Of a stretch of 64,000 nucleotides of DNA, positions 36,260 through 46,003 are shown in pieces (positions within the stretch are counted from its first letter, which is position 1; the number at the start of each line of letters is the position of its first letter). The notes beneath the pieces were generated by a model, which saw only the letters and a program-made list of their open reading frames with translations, was not told the origin of the DNA and made no database searches. This DNA is from Bdellovibrio sp. Lineage in GTDB: Bacteria; Bdellovibrionota; Bdellovibrionia; Bdellovibrionales; Bdellovibrionaceae. Position numbers and translations under genes: made by a program. Where the stretch lies: positions 21,754 to 85,753 of the forward strand of contig JANPPN010000029.1 in NCBI GenBank assembly GCA_031428535.1. The letters are read 5' to 3'.

Positions 36260-37285
36260 ATGGCTTTTCCAATTGCCAAAAATAACCACTTTGAGGTAAT
36301 TCTGAATGCCTTAAAGGACGTGCCCATGCGAACAATCTCGATTCAAAGAGAAAATGGAAGTTCTGTTGCCATATCAGCAGTTCCGGTCGACGAGGTCGGC
36401 GCCTGCGAACGTGCCGACTTTTTCACAAAACGAAGTATTAAAAAAGATTCCAAACTGACGGCACTTTATCTGGCCTTGAGCATGTGCGACCTCACAACTC
36501 TGGAAGGTTCAGACACTCCCGGCCGAATTGTGCAACTGTGCGCAAAGGCGCGTAACCCCGTGCCCCCCGATCTGATTAAGCCTTATCTTCTTAAAAAAAA
36601 TCTGGCTCCGATTCCTTCAGTGGCTGCCGTTTGCGTTTATCCGTCGATGGTACCAATTGCAGTGAAGGCCCTTGCCGGTACCTCAATCGGTATTGCTTCG
36701 GTTGCTACGGCCTTCCCATCCGGTCAGGCCCCACTAGAAGTCAAGATTGAAGATACGCGTTTTGCCGTCGAAAAAGGTGCTACTGAAATTGATATGGTTA
36801 TTAATCGCGGCGCTTTTTTATCGGGCCGGTATCAGGAAGTTTTCGATGAGATCGTTGAGATTAAACGCGCTTGCGGCAATGCGCACCTGAAAGTCATTCT
36901 CGAAACCGGAGAGCTGGGTTCTTACGACCACGTCAGACTGGCTTCTGATATTGCGATTGAAGCCGGTGCCGACTTTATTAAAACCTCTACCGGAAAAATC
37001 ACACCTGCAGCCACGCTGCCGGTAACACTGGTTATGCTGCAGGCAATAGCCGATCATTACAAGCGCGCCGGAAAAAAAATCGGAATGAAGCCGGCCGGCG
37101 GAATCCGCACGGCCAAACAGGCAATTTATTATCTTTGCATGGTGCGCGAAACTCTGGGGCACGAATGGTTAACACCAGATTTATTCCGCTTCGGCGCCAG
37201 TGCGCTAGTTAATGATCTATTGAAACAAATTTATAAAGAACTTACCGGCACTTATTATTACGACAAAATTTTTTCACTTGATTAA
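36260..37285 (+). CDS. deoC: Deoxyribose-phosphate aldolase
   Basis: DLTTLEG, AAVCVYP, SVATAFPSGQ, EIDMVI, LKVILETGEL, DFIKTSTGK, KPAGGIR, FRFGAS. Confidence 0.95.
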   Translation: MAFPIAKNNHFEVILNALKDVPMRTISIQRENGSSVAISAVPVDEVGACERADFFTKRSIKKDSKLTALYLALSMCDLTTLEGSDTPGRIVQLCAKARNPVPPDLIKPYLLKKNLAPIPSVAAVCVYPSMVPIAVKALAGTSIGIASVATAFPSGQAPLEVKIEDTRFAVEKGATEIDMVINRGAFLSGRYQEVFDEIVEIKRACGNAHLKVILETGELGSYDHVRLASDIAIEAGADFIKTSTGKITPAATLPVTLVMLQAIADHYKRAGKKIGMKPAGGIRTAKQAIYYLCMVRETLGHEWLTPDLFRFGASALVNDLLKQIYKELTGTYYYDKIFSLD

Positions 37286-37295
37286 AAGGACAAAC

Positions 37296-38792
37296 ATGCA
37301 GACGTCAGTACAAAATAAAAATAATCAGGTACAGGCCGCAACAGAAACCGGCCCGGCTTCGGCTTTTGATTATGCGCCATCAATAGAAGCGACCGACATC
37401 GTTAAAATAGCACCGCGAAATAAATTATTTATTAACGGAAAATTCACAGAGGCTTCAAGCGGTAAATATTTTAATACAATTAATCCCGCTACCGAAGAGT
37501 CACTGGCCGAAATTTCCGAAGCCAATGCCAAAGACGTAGATAAAGCGGTTAAAGCTGCCCGTAAGGCATTCGCGTCGTGGTCGAAGTTGTCAGGCCAGGA
37601 GCGTGGCAAGTATCTTTTTAAAATTGCCCGCATCATTCAGGAACGTTCACGTGAATTAGCTGTACTTGAAACACTCGATAACGGTAAGCCCATCCGTGAA
37701 TCGCGAGACATCGACCTGCCGCTGGTTGCGGCTCACTTTTTTTACTACGCCGGCTGGGCCGACAAATTACAGTATGCCGTTCCGGGCAAAAACCCGAAAC
37801 CACTTGGCGTCGTCGGCCAGATTATTCCGTGGAATTTCCCCCTTTTAATGGCGGCCTGGAAAATAGCGCCGGCACTGGCCTGCGGTAATACTGTGGTGCT
37901 GAAGCCTGCCGAAACCACTTCACTTTCGTGTTTGCTGTTGGCCGAAATTCTTCAGGAAGCCGGCCTGCCTGACGGAGTTGTCAATATCATTACGGGTGCC
38001 GGTGAAACCGGAGCCGCATTGGTTGCTCACCCTGATGTTAATAAAATCGCCTTCACAGGTTCAACCGATGTGGGCCGCATGATTCTTAAATCCGTTGCTC
38101 ACACCGATAAGAAACTCACGCTTGAACTCGGCGGAAAATCTGCGCACATCGTTTTTGAAGATGCCGCCATTGACCAGGCCGTTGAAGGGGTAATCAACGG
38201 TATCTTTTTTAATCAGGGCCATGTTTGCTGTGCGGGTTCGCGCCTGCTACTTGAAGAGTCTGTTTCTGATGCGTTTGTAGAAAAGCTGAAAACCCGAATG
38301 GAAAAACTGCGTGTAGGTAATCCACTTGATAAAAATACCGACATCGGCGCAATTAATTCAGATTCGGAATTGCAGAAAATCCGAAAACTCGTCGAAACCG
38401 GAAAATCCGAAGGCGGCGAATATTTCGAACCCCCAAGACTTGCATTACCGGCAAAAGGCTTTTACCAGAAGCCCTGCTTTTTCAATAATGTTTCATCAAG
38501 CTTTACACTTAGCCGAGTTGAGGTTTTCGGTCCGGTACTTTCAATATCGACCTTCAGAACGCAAGCTGAAGCTGTACTTAAAGCCAACGACACACCCTAT
38601 GGGTTGGCCGCAGGAATCTGGTCAGAAAAAGGTTCAAAAATTCACAAAACCGCGCAAGGCCTCAAAGCCGGCGTGATTTGGGCCAACACATATAATAAAT
38701 TCGATCCGACTTCACCTTTCGGTGGATACAATGAAAGCGGCTGGGGCCGTGAAGGCGGACGACATGGTCTTCTGCCTTATCTGGAGGTTTAA
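37296..38792 (+). CDS. Aldehyde dehydrogenase (ALDH16-like catalytic part)
   Basis: IIPWNFPL, KPAE, FTGST, LELGGK, FFNQGHVCCAGSR catalytic Cys, EVFGPV. Confidence 0.95.
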   Translation: MQTSVQNKNNQVQAATETGPASAFDYAPSIEATDIVKIAPRNKLFINGKFTEASSGKYFNTINPATEESLAEISEANAKDVDKAVKAARKAFASWSKLSGQERGKYLFKIARIIQERSRELAVLETLDNGKPIRESRDIDLPLVAAHFFYYAGWADKLQYAVPGKNPKPLGVVGQIIPWNFPLLMAAWKIAPALACGNTVVLKPAETTSLSCLLLAEILQEAGLPDGVVNIITGAGETGAALVAHPDVNKIAFTGSTDVGRMILKSVAHTDKKLTLELGGKSAHIVFEDAAIDQAVEGVINGIFFNQGHVCCAGSRLLLEESVSDAFVEKLKTRMEKLRVGNPLDKNTDIGAINSDSELQKIRKLVETGKSEGGEYFEPPRLALPAKGFYQKPCFFNNVSSSFTLSRVEVFGPVLSISTFRTQAEAVLKANDTPYGLAAGIWSEKGSKIHKTAQGLKAGVIWANTYNKFDPTSPFGGYNESGWGREGGRHGLLPYLEV

Positions 38793-39631
38793 TGAAAATT
38801 GCAAAAACGATCAAACTTTTTATCGGTGGCGATTTTCCACGAACTGAATCAGGGCGAAGTGTTCCGATTTATATTTATAAAACTAAAAAACTTTACGCTA
38901 ACGTGTGTCTGGCTTCGCGGAAGGATCTTCGCAATGCCGTAACAGCGGCACAATCGGCTCAGGCCGGCTGGCAGAATAAATCGGCCTACAACCGCAGCCA
39001 GATTCTTTATCGTATGGCAGAAATGACCGAAGGTAAGCGGCAGGAATTTATTGAAACTCTTACCGCAACCCTTGGGCTTTCAAAAAGCAACGCGGATAAG
39101 TCCGTGGATAAAGCTATTGACGCTTTGATTTACTACGCCGGATTTGCCGACAAGTACCAGCAAGTCATGGGTTCAGTAAATCCGGTCAGTGGGCCTCATC
39201 ATAATTTTACTTCGACCGAAGCGGTCGGACTTGTCGGGCTGATTTGTAACGCTAAGTTTGAACTCTCAGAGGTTGTTGCACAGATTGCCGCAATTATTTC
39301 GTCAGGAAATTCTCTTGTGGCTTTACTCGGTAGCGATGGCAGCGCGCTTTTAGCGCCGCTTGCCGAAGTTTTTGCAACTTCGGATTTGCCAAGAGGTGTT
39401 GTCAATTTGCTAACTGGCAGTACAGAAGAACTTTTTCGGCAATTTGGCTCGCATATGGAAATTCAGTCTTTAAGTTGTCAGTTGAAAGATCGAAAAATTC
39501 TCGGGGAGCTCCGCACAATGGCGGCAGCTAATATGAAACGCATTGTACCTCCGGTAAAAGATCAGCTCTCACTTGAGCACCTGGTCAGCTACGTGGAATT
39601 TAAGACGGTCTGGCATCCGATCGGTCAATAA
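38792..39631 (+). CDS. Truncated aldehyde dehydrogenase-like subunit lacking the catalytic domain
   Basis: KLFIGGDFPRTESG, YYAGFADK, LPRGVVNLLTG, EFKTVWHP; no ELGGK or catalytic Cys region; 1-nt overlap with upstream ALDH. Confidence 0.85.
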   Translation: MKIAKTIKLFIGGDFPRTESGRSVPIYIYKTKKLYANVCLASRKDLRNAVTAAQSAQAGWQNKSAYNRSQILYRMAEMTEGKRQEFIETLTATLGLSKSNADKSVDKAIDALIYYAGFADKYQQVMGSVNPVSGPHHNFTSTEAVGLVGLICNAKFELSEVVAQIAAIISSGNSLVALLGSDGSALLAPLAEVFATSDLPRGVVNLLTGSTEELFRQFGSHMEIQSLSCQLKDRKILGELRTMAAANMKRIVPPVKDQLSLEHLVSYVEFKTVWHPIGQ

Positions 39632-39657
39632 CGCCGCACTGCTTTTTCTTCTCTCAA

Positions 39658-39673
39658 TGGTATAAGTATTGCT
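39658..39673 (+). promoter_or_regulatory. sigma54-type promoter upstream of CBS gene
   Basis: TGGTATAAGTATTGCT, 36 nt before ATG. Confidence 0.7.
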
Positions 39674-39708
39674 CCTTTAGTTGGTTCAGAACCAAACAGG
39701 GAGTTTCT

Positions 39709-40209
39709 ATGAAACCGCAATCCGCCTTTGAACATCCGCACAAAAAAAATGTTAGTTTAGAGGAACTTTCGCAGATTTTAGAATCCATAGGCCAAGTTTG
39801 GGTGTCGGATATTATGCAAAAAAATCCTATCACGATCAATCAGAATGAAAATCTCGACACCGCAACAGGCTTGCTGTCCGACAATAATTTCCGCCACTTG
39901 CCAGTCATCAATAACGATGGCGATATTCAAGGCATCATTTCTGATCGCGATCTACTGAATGCGATCCTGCGAATCCCGCCGGGTAAAATTCTTGATCGTA
40001 TCGAAAACCCGTGGAACGCGGCCAAGGTCAGCAGTGTTATGTCGAAAACCCCAGAAACCGTAAGCCCCGATACAAATTTAATGGAAGCCGGTGCAATTCT
40101 TCTTGAAAATAAAATCAGTTGCCTGCCGGTAGTTGAAGGCGATCATCTGGTCGGAATTATTACCAGCTCAGATTTTGTCAGACTGGTCAGTCAGGGGCTG
40201 GGGGTCTGA
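39709..40209 (+). CDS. CBS domain pair protein
   Basis: VSDIMQKNP, FRHLPV, GIISDRDL, ISCLPVV, VGIIT. Confidence 0.9.
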   Translation: MKPQSAFEHPHKKNVSLEELSQILESIGQVWVSDIMQKNPITINQNENLDTATGLLSDNNFRHLPVINNDGDIQGIISDRDLLNAILRIPPGKILDRIENPWNAAKVSSVMSKTPETVSPDTNLMEAGAILLENKISCLPVVEGDHLVGIITSSDFVRLVSQGLGV

Positions 40210-40250
40210 GAGTGGAGTTGATTAAAAATTCCTAAATTGCGCATTTCTAT

Positions 40251-41531
40251 TCAGTGCCCCGAGTCTTGGTGGTAAAGGTAATCCCTCGTGAGTGGTACTG
40301 AATCCGACTTCTTTGCAATCTGAAGGTGAAAAACCATATTGCCCCAATGCTCAAATGAAGCTTCGGCCCCTGTCAGATAAAATTCCCACATTCTGCAGAA
40401 ACGGCTGTCGTAAATCTTCCGGACATCCTCAAGATTTTCGTAGAATCGATACCGCCACTCTTGCAGGGTGCGGGCATAGTGCATACGCAACACCTCGATG
40501 TCGGTGATATGCATATTACTTTTTTCAACATGCGGGATAACTTCAGATAACGCCGGAATATAACCGCCCGGAAAAATATATTTACGGATCCACGCATTTG
40601 TTGAAGCCGGCCCCTGAGCGCGCCCAATCGAATGCAAGAGCATAACCCCGTCTTCATTCAACAAACTGTTTATCTTCTGAAAAAATGCGGAGTATTGATC
40701 AATCCCCACGTGTTCAAACATACCTACTGAAACAATTCGGTCGTACGTTCCTTCTTCCGGCTGCAATTCGCGATAATCGGCCAGCTCAAACTTAACGAGC
40801 TCGCTAACGCCTTCTTTTCTGGCCCGCATTTTTGCAACTTTAAGTTGCTCCGCCGATAGCGTGATTCCTTTTACACGCGCACCTTTTTGCTTTGCGATTT
40901 CACAGGCCAGAGCGCCCCAGCCACAGCCGATATCTAGCACTTCGTCATCAGCTTCAATCAACAGTTTCTTAACGATATACTGCATCTTTAATTTTTGCGC
41001 TTCTTCAAGGGTTTGATCGGAGTCGGTAAAATAGGCGCACGAGTACTGCTTATCTTCATCAAGAAACAAACTGTAAAACTCGGACGACAGGTCATAGTGA
41101 TGTTTTACATTCCGGGCTGAGTTCGGAATTGTATTTAGTTGCCAAAGACGGCGCACCAGATAGTTTCCGGTATCGAGAAGGCGGAGCCAGCCCTGTGGCA
41201 ATTTAGGGCCGGTGTTGCAAAAAAGGATTTCAAAGAAATCTTTCAACGTACCTTCTTCGATCGTCAACTTTCCGTCCATATAGGCTTCACCGATATAAAG
41301 CTCGGGGTTCAGTGCCAGTTTGTGGTACAGCGACGAATCCGTCAGGCGAATAGTCACACTCGGCGGGCCGAAATCCCCGAATCGGTGGGTTTTACCGGCT
41401 GCATCGATAATATTAAGGCTGCCCTTCTTAATCACCCGCGAATAGACCTGATCCAGAAGTTTTTCACTCTTCATCTTCTGCCAGATATCAATTTGTTGAA
41501 TTGGTTCGATAAACGATGAGATCAGGTTCAT
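40251..41531 (-). CDS. cfa: Cyclopropane-fatty-acyl-phospholipid synthase
   Basis: GEAYMDG, HHYDLS, QYSCAYF, VLDIGCGWG, VSVGMFEHVG, YIFPGG, HYARTL, FCRMWEFYL. Confidence 0.95.
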   Translation of the reverse strand: MNLISSFIEPIQQIDIWQKMKSEKLLDQVYSRVIKKGSLNIIDAAGKTHRFGDFGPPSVTIRLTDSSLYHKLALNPELYIGEAYMDGKLTIEEGTLKDFFEILFCNTGPKLPQGWLRLLDTGNYLVRRLWQLNTIPNSARNVKHHYDLSSEFYSLFLDEDKQYSCAYFTDSDQTLEEAQKLKMQYIVKKLLIEADDEVLDIGCGWGALACEIAKQKGARVKGITLSAEQLKVAKMRARKEGVSELVKFELADYRELQPEEGTYDRIVSVGMFEHVGIDQYSAFFQKINSLLNEDGVMLLHSIGRAQGPASTNAWIRKYIFPGGYIPALSEVIPHVEKSNMHITDIEVLRMHYARTLQEWRYRFYENLEDVRKIYDSRFCRMWEFYLTGAEASFEHWGNMVFHLQIAKKSDSVPLTRDYLYHQDSGH

Positions 41532-41575
41532 AAATTCCCCTTTTTATTTTTCCCGCCTGCGCTTTTCTGGAGGAT

Positions 41576-41591
41576 TTCAAAAGGGGTGCCA
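41576..41591 (-). promoter_or_regulatory. sigma54-like promoter (-12 GA variant) upstream of cfa
   Basis: minus strand TGGCACCCCTTTTGAA. Confidence 0.55.
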
Positions 41592-41702
41592 GTTGTACTT
41601 ATGATGGCTAACTTAATAGAATTTTTTATCAATACTTAAGAATTACTTTGAATTGCCCGTTTTTAAATGGTTTAACTTTTGCGAGTTACCAAGGAGAGAA
41701 TC

Positions 41703-42233
41703 ATGCCGATCAAATTAGTTCAGGCCGTTATATTTTCGGGTTCGCTGCTCTTTACACCATTTCTTCAGGCGTTACCCGACCTCAAATGTATAACCGAAGG
41801 CTTCCCGACCACGTCGTTCCTGCTTTCAAAAAAAGCCGACCACGTTGAGCTTCGGGTAATTAACCATAACGGTGCCAAATATGCCCCGGTTTTTAATGGC
41901 AACGCCACTCCGAGCGATATCGGGCAAATTCAAAAATCCGGCGACTTTTTCGAAAAACTCGGCGACGTTTTCACCATCAAGTTTGAACAGAAAAACTGCC
42001 GGTTTGAAGAAGACACGTTCTTTTCGTGTTTCCAGAATGAGGAATCCAGCGTTTCCGGAACTAAAATCAGCACGATTTATTTTAGTACTTCTGAAAGTAC
42101 TGAACGAATTGTCGGCAATGAATTCAACAAAAAAAACGTCCGACTAAGTCTGCGTGAAAACCCGCAGGACTTTCTCGAACACCGGCTCGAAATGAGCTAT
42201 TATGACGGCGATTGCGAAATCAGTCGAAAATAA
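41703..42233 (+). CDS. Secreted hypothetical protein
   Basis: RBS AAGGAG before ATG 41703; signal peptide; four Cys. Confidence 0.7.
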   Translation: MPIKLVQAVIFSGSLLFTPFLQALPDLKCITEGFPTTSFLLSKKADHVELRVINHNGAKYAPVFNGNATPSDIGQIQKSGDFFEKLGDVFTIKFEQKNCRFEEDTFFSCFQNEESSVSGTKISTIYFSTSESTERIVGNEFNKKNVRLSLRENPQDFLEHRLEMSYYDGDCEISRK

Positions 42234-42248
42234 TTACGAACGTTCGGC

Positions 42249-42683
42249 TCAGCTTGAATGCTGATCGAGCCATTTTGAAAATTGATCGGCAGGCAATGCA
42301 CCGGACTGCCGGGTTACTTCACTGCCATTTTTAAAAACCACCACGGTAGGAATTCCGCGGATACCCAGCTGACCCGCGGCCTTTTGATTTATATCCGAAT
42401 TCAATTTTACAAAAACAACTTTGCCGGCATACTTTTCGCCGAGTGATTCAAAAGTGGGCGCAAACGACCGACAGGGCCCGCACCAAGGCGCCCATACATC
42501 AACAACAACGGGCAGCGGGCTTTTGTTGATCAGCGTCTGTAAACTGCGATCGGTGCCTTCAACAATCGCACCCTTCATTGCCAATTCTGCCTTACAGTTA
42601 CCGCAAATCGGGGCCTTATCGGTATTCAATGTAACTCTGTTTGTGCGACCGCATTTTTCACAAACAGCATAAGTTTGGTCCAT
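42249..42683 (-). CDS. trxC: Thioredoxin 2 with N-terminal zinc finger
   Basis: CEKC...CGNC plus WAPWCGPC, IRGIPT. Confidence 0.92.
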   Translation of the reverse strand: MDQTYAVCEKCGRTNRVTLNTDKAPICGNCKAELAMKGAIVEGTDRSLQTLINKSPLPVVVDVWAPWCGPCRSFAPTFESLGEKYAGKVVFVKLNSDINQKAAGQLGIRGIPTVVVFKNGSEVTRQSGALPADQFSKWLDQHSS

Positions 42684-42807
42684 AAACTCTCCTTAAAATT
42701 AACGTGAGGTCTAATTGTCGTTTGTAAAGTCTGCGGAAAAATTCCGCGCCGAGAGGAGAACTTTTGCTGCCTGAACTGCCCAGCTTCAAATCAGATAGGC
42801 CTGTAGT

Positions 42808-42823
42808 TGGTATATTATTTGCG
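42808..42823 (+). promoter_or_regulatory. sigma54-type promoter upstream of degP-like gene
   Basis: TGGTATATTATTTGCG. Confidence 0.6.
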
Positions 42824-42856
42824 TTGATAACATTTGAAATTTCAAGAGGGGTTACC

Positions 42857-44362
42857 ATTAATAAAACTCATATTTCAAAAAAACTGACCTACGCCGCCAT
42901 CGGTATAATTATCGGACTCGGGATATTTTTCAGCGCCCGAAAAATCTATTGTGAATCTCAATTAAAAATAGAACCTTTTAACGCCACTTTGACTTCACCC
43001 GCAAAGGAACTCAGCAAAGCGCTCGTCATGATCGCCAATCATGTTCGCCCCGCTGTGGTCAGCATTTTTTCAGAAAAAGTTGTCAAATTTAAAACCAACG
43101 ACTTTTTTTCCCCGTTCGGTAACGACCTATTCAGCCAGTATTTCGAAGATTCCCCCGGGGATCCGGGGAAAACCCGCGGCAAACATCGCGAGTACAGCCT
43201 GCCGGTTAAAGGCATGGGTTCTGGTATGGTCCTTGATAATCAAGGTCATATCCTCACCAACTACCACGTGGTCGGAAATGTCGACAGAATAAAAGTGCAA
43301 TTAGCAAACCGGCAGACCTATCGCGCAAAGCTCACTCAGGCCGACGCTAAAACCGATATTGCGATTATTCAGCTTGAAGGAAATTTTCCGAAAGACCTGC
43401 CCGTCATGAAGTTCGGCGATTCCGATCAGCTAAACGCAGGAGACCTTGTTATCGCGGTTGGTGCTCCGTTCGGACTTTCGCAAACTGTCACTCAAGGAAT
43501 TATCAGTGCCACAGGCAGGTCTAACGTTGGCATTGAGGCTTTCGAGGATTTTATCCAGACCGATGCTCCGATTAATCCCGGCAACTCGGGCGGGCCGCTC
43601 ATCAATATGAACGGCGAAATTATCGGAATCAATACCGCAATTGCCACCTCGGGGCCGGGGCAATTCAGCGGCGTCGGATTTGCGGTGCCGAGCAATTTAA
43701 TATTAACTATGCTGCCGAAATTGCTTCGTGGCGAAAAAATCAGGCGCGGCAGGCTTGGCGTAATCGTTCAGGACTTAAACGATGATCTCGCACGCCAGTT
43801 TGAAACCTCGGAAAATTTAGGCGTACTAGTTGCCGAAGTTGAAATAAATTCGCCGGCCGACCGCGCGGGGCTGAAAGCCGGCGACATTATCACCAAATTC
43901 GGCACTGCGGAGGTTTCTGATTCCTCGCAATTGCGCAACACTGTTTCGCAAACGGCACCGGGCACCGAAATCAATATGAGAATTCTCCGCAAAAAAAATG
44001 ATATGAATCTCTTTGTGAAAATTGCGTCGGAAGAAGTCGAAGAAGCTCCGGCTGCCACACTCAGCCGGATTGAAGGCAGCTTTCTTGATCGCATCGGAAT
44101 CAGTGTGCAGAACATTGATAAATCATTCAGCGAAACCTTTGGAGTCAAAAACGGGGCAGTTGTAACTCAGATTCATGAAGGCAGCCCGGCCGCCTTTGCG
44201 GGAGTAATGCCTTTTGATGTCATCGTTGAAGCCAATCACAAAAAAATTCAGGATGTCAAAGACCTCAAAATTATTCTTGATAAATCGCGTGACCAGGAAT
44301 CGGTACTATTCCTGCTGAAACGCCAGAATGCCGGACTCTACATGGCCATTCATACGAAGTAG
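42857..44362 (+). CDS. degP: DegP/HtrA (Do/DeqQ) serine protease with two PDZ domains; start codon uncertain
   Basis: GSGMV, LTNYHVV, TDIAII, IQTDAPINPGNSGGPL, PDZ repeats; probable ATT start after RBS GAGGGG (ORF track uses TTG 42764). Confidence 0.9.
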   Translation: MNKTHISKKLTYAAIGIIIGLGIFFSARKIYCESQLKIEPFNATLTSPAKELSKALVMIANHVRPAVVSIFSEKVVKFKTNDFFSPFGNDLFSQYFEDSPGDPGKTRGKHREYSLPVKGMGSGMVLDNQGHILTNYHVVGNVDRIKVQLANRQTYRAKLTQADAKTDIAIIQLEGNFPKDLPVMKFGDSDQLNAGDLVIAVGAPFGLSQTVTQGIISATGRSNVGIEAFEDFIQTDAPINPGNSGGPLINMNGEIIGINTAIATSGPGQFSGVGFAVPSNLILTMLPKLLRGEKIRRGRLGVIVQDLNDDLARQFETSENLGVLVAEVEINSPADRAGLKAGDIITKFGTAEVSDSSQLRNTVSQTAPGTEINMRILRKKNDMNLFVKIASEEVEEAPAATLSRIEGSFLDRIGISVQNIDKSFSETFGVKNGAVVTQIHEGSPAAFAGVMPFDVIVEANHKKIQDVKDLKIILDKSRDQESVLFLLKRQNAGLYMAIHTK

Positions 44363-44365
44363 CCT

Positions 44366-45085
44366 TCAGCCTTTTTTAATCGAGCGCAGTTCATTCATAT
44401 AGTGGCGCGCTTCGGCCTTTTCAGCCTCAGAAATACCGCTCCATTCGCGGTTATTTAGGGCGCCAATAACGGCATAGGCAAACATCGCGTGAATGTTTCT
44501 GGCGTTCGACTTTGCCAGCTTTTTCATCGTACCCTTCCAGCCAAGCTTTACAAATTGTGAAACCGTTTTTATTCCGGCTTTGTGAAGTACTTTTTCAGTG
44601 GCAGGCCCCAGATTTTTAAGATCGGAAATTTTACCCGCGCTTTTGATTACGACTTCAGGCGACTCATCGCTGAACATGCGTGGCTTCCGAGTATCGATTT
44701 TTTCATTTTGACTAAGTGTTTTTTTTGCTTTGGTTTTTTTCGACTTCGGTACAACTCCGAAAAGGGGGCTGCGTCTTCGGATTTCCTTCAACAATTCTTC
44801 AGCATGAGTTTCAAAGTTTTCGGAATCGAGCGGTAAATAAAGCCATTTAGGAAGCACCGGATGATTGCTGAGATATTTGAATTTTTTTAATATTGCCGAA
44901 TGAAACTCGCGCTCGCTCGGAAACAGACAGCCATTCCATTGACTTTTGGGCTTATTGCTTTCGAACATTGCAAGCACCATTCGATTATCAGAGTAATAGG
45001 CAAAACCGCCAAACATCGGCTTTCGAATGAAGTCCTTCGGAAGTAAAGCTTCGATCCAGTTTAAATTGTTTAATTCTTTTGCCAC
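44366..45085 (-). CDS. TfoX/Sxy family protein with both N- and C-terminal TfoX-like domains
   Basis: RKPMFGGFAYY (TfoX_N) and ISDLKNLGPATEKVLHKAGIKT...YAVIGAL (TfoX_C). Confidence 0.75.
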   Translation of the reverse strand: MAKELNNLNWIEALLPKDFIRKPMFGGFAYYSDNRMVLAMFESNKPKSQWNGCLFPSEREFHSAILKKFKYLSNHPVLPKWLYLPLDSENFETHAEELLKEIRRRSPLFGVVPKSKKTKAKKTLSQNEKIDTRKPRMFSDESPEVVIKSAGKISDLKNLGPATEKVLHKAGIKTVSQFVKLGWKGTMKKLAKSNARNIHAMFAYAVIGALNNREWSGISEAEKAEARHYMNELRSIKKG

Positions 45086-45403
45086 TGAAAGGTCTTAACA
45101 AAATTCTATCTCGTTTGCCAAGCAACTTTATTTGTCTATCTTGTTGACGATTTCCCGACTTTTCTTTTTTTTCTGTTCAACGGTTCAGAAGCCGTTATAC
45201 TGAATGAACAGACAGCCACTTCGATGATGAACTTCTCAGAAATTGCCAAGGATTCGGCAACTGTCATCTTCTAAAAAAATAAATTCTCATTGCATGATCG
45301 ATAAAAAAAGCTAACTATATTTTTATGCAAGACGTAACCAATTGTCCGAAATGGCCACAATATTTCCTGCAAAATAGACGGCTTCGGCGCAATGAATCTT
45401 AAA

Positions 45404-45967
45404 TCAGAGTTTGTTAAGAAGGCCTAATTCTTTTTCGATCACACTAACAATCTCGGCGGAGTTCGGCGTAACTTTCGATGGAAATCTCGCCAGCATTTCG
45501 CCTTTTTTACTTATAATAAATTTTTCAAAATTCCACTTTACCGGGCCGCCTTTTTCTGTGAGAAAACTAAACAGTGGGTTTTTCGGCTCAGATTTAATAT
45601 TACTTTTTGCAAACATCGGAAAGCTGATTTTATATTTGCCATCTTTGATGTGACAGAATTTTTTTATTTCCTCATTAGTGCCCGGTTCCTGGCCACCGAA
45701 ATCATTGCTCGGAAACCCCAATACAACCAAGCCTTTATCTTTATACTTAAGATAGAGCGCTTCAAGTTCGTTGTATTGCGGTGTGTAGCCGCAATTTGAT
45801 GCCGTATTCACAATAAGCAAGACCTTCCCGTTATAATCAGCCAGACCGACTGGTTTCCCGTCGATATCGTCAACTTTGAACTGATGTACGCCTTTGGCTT
45901 CAACAGCAGAAATCTGAAAAACAATTGCCAACACCGAAAAAAATATTATTAAATTTGATTTCATCAT
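45404..45967 (-). CDS. Glutathione peroxidase family protein with signal peptide
   Basis: IVNTASNCGYTPQY, LGFPSNDFGGQEPG, KWNFEKF. Confidence 0.92.
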   Translation of the reverse strand: MMKSNLIIFFSVLAIVFQISAVEAKGVHQFKVDDIDGKPVGLADYNGKVLLIVNTASNCGYTPQYNELEALYLKYKDKGLVVLGFPSNDFGGQEPGTNEEIKKFCHIKDGKYKISFPMFAKSNIKSEPKNPLFSFLTEKGGPVKWNFEKFIISKKGEMLARFPSKVTPNSAEIVSVIEKELGLLNKL

Positions 45968-46003
45968 TTGCCCCTTAGTATGAAAAATCATAAATTAAAG
46001 CCT

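Noticed and set aside
45325-45402. Short ORF MQDVTNCPKWPQYF... in the tfoX-gpx gap
   Set aside because: 25 codons, no RBS, no convincing family similarity
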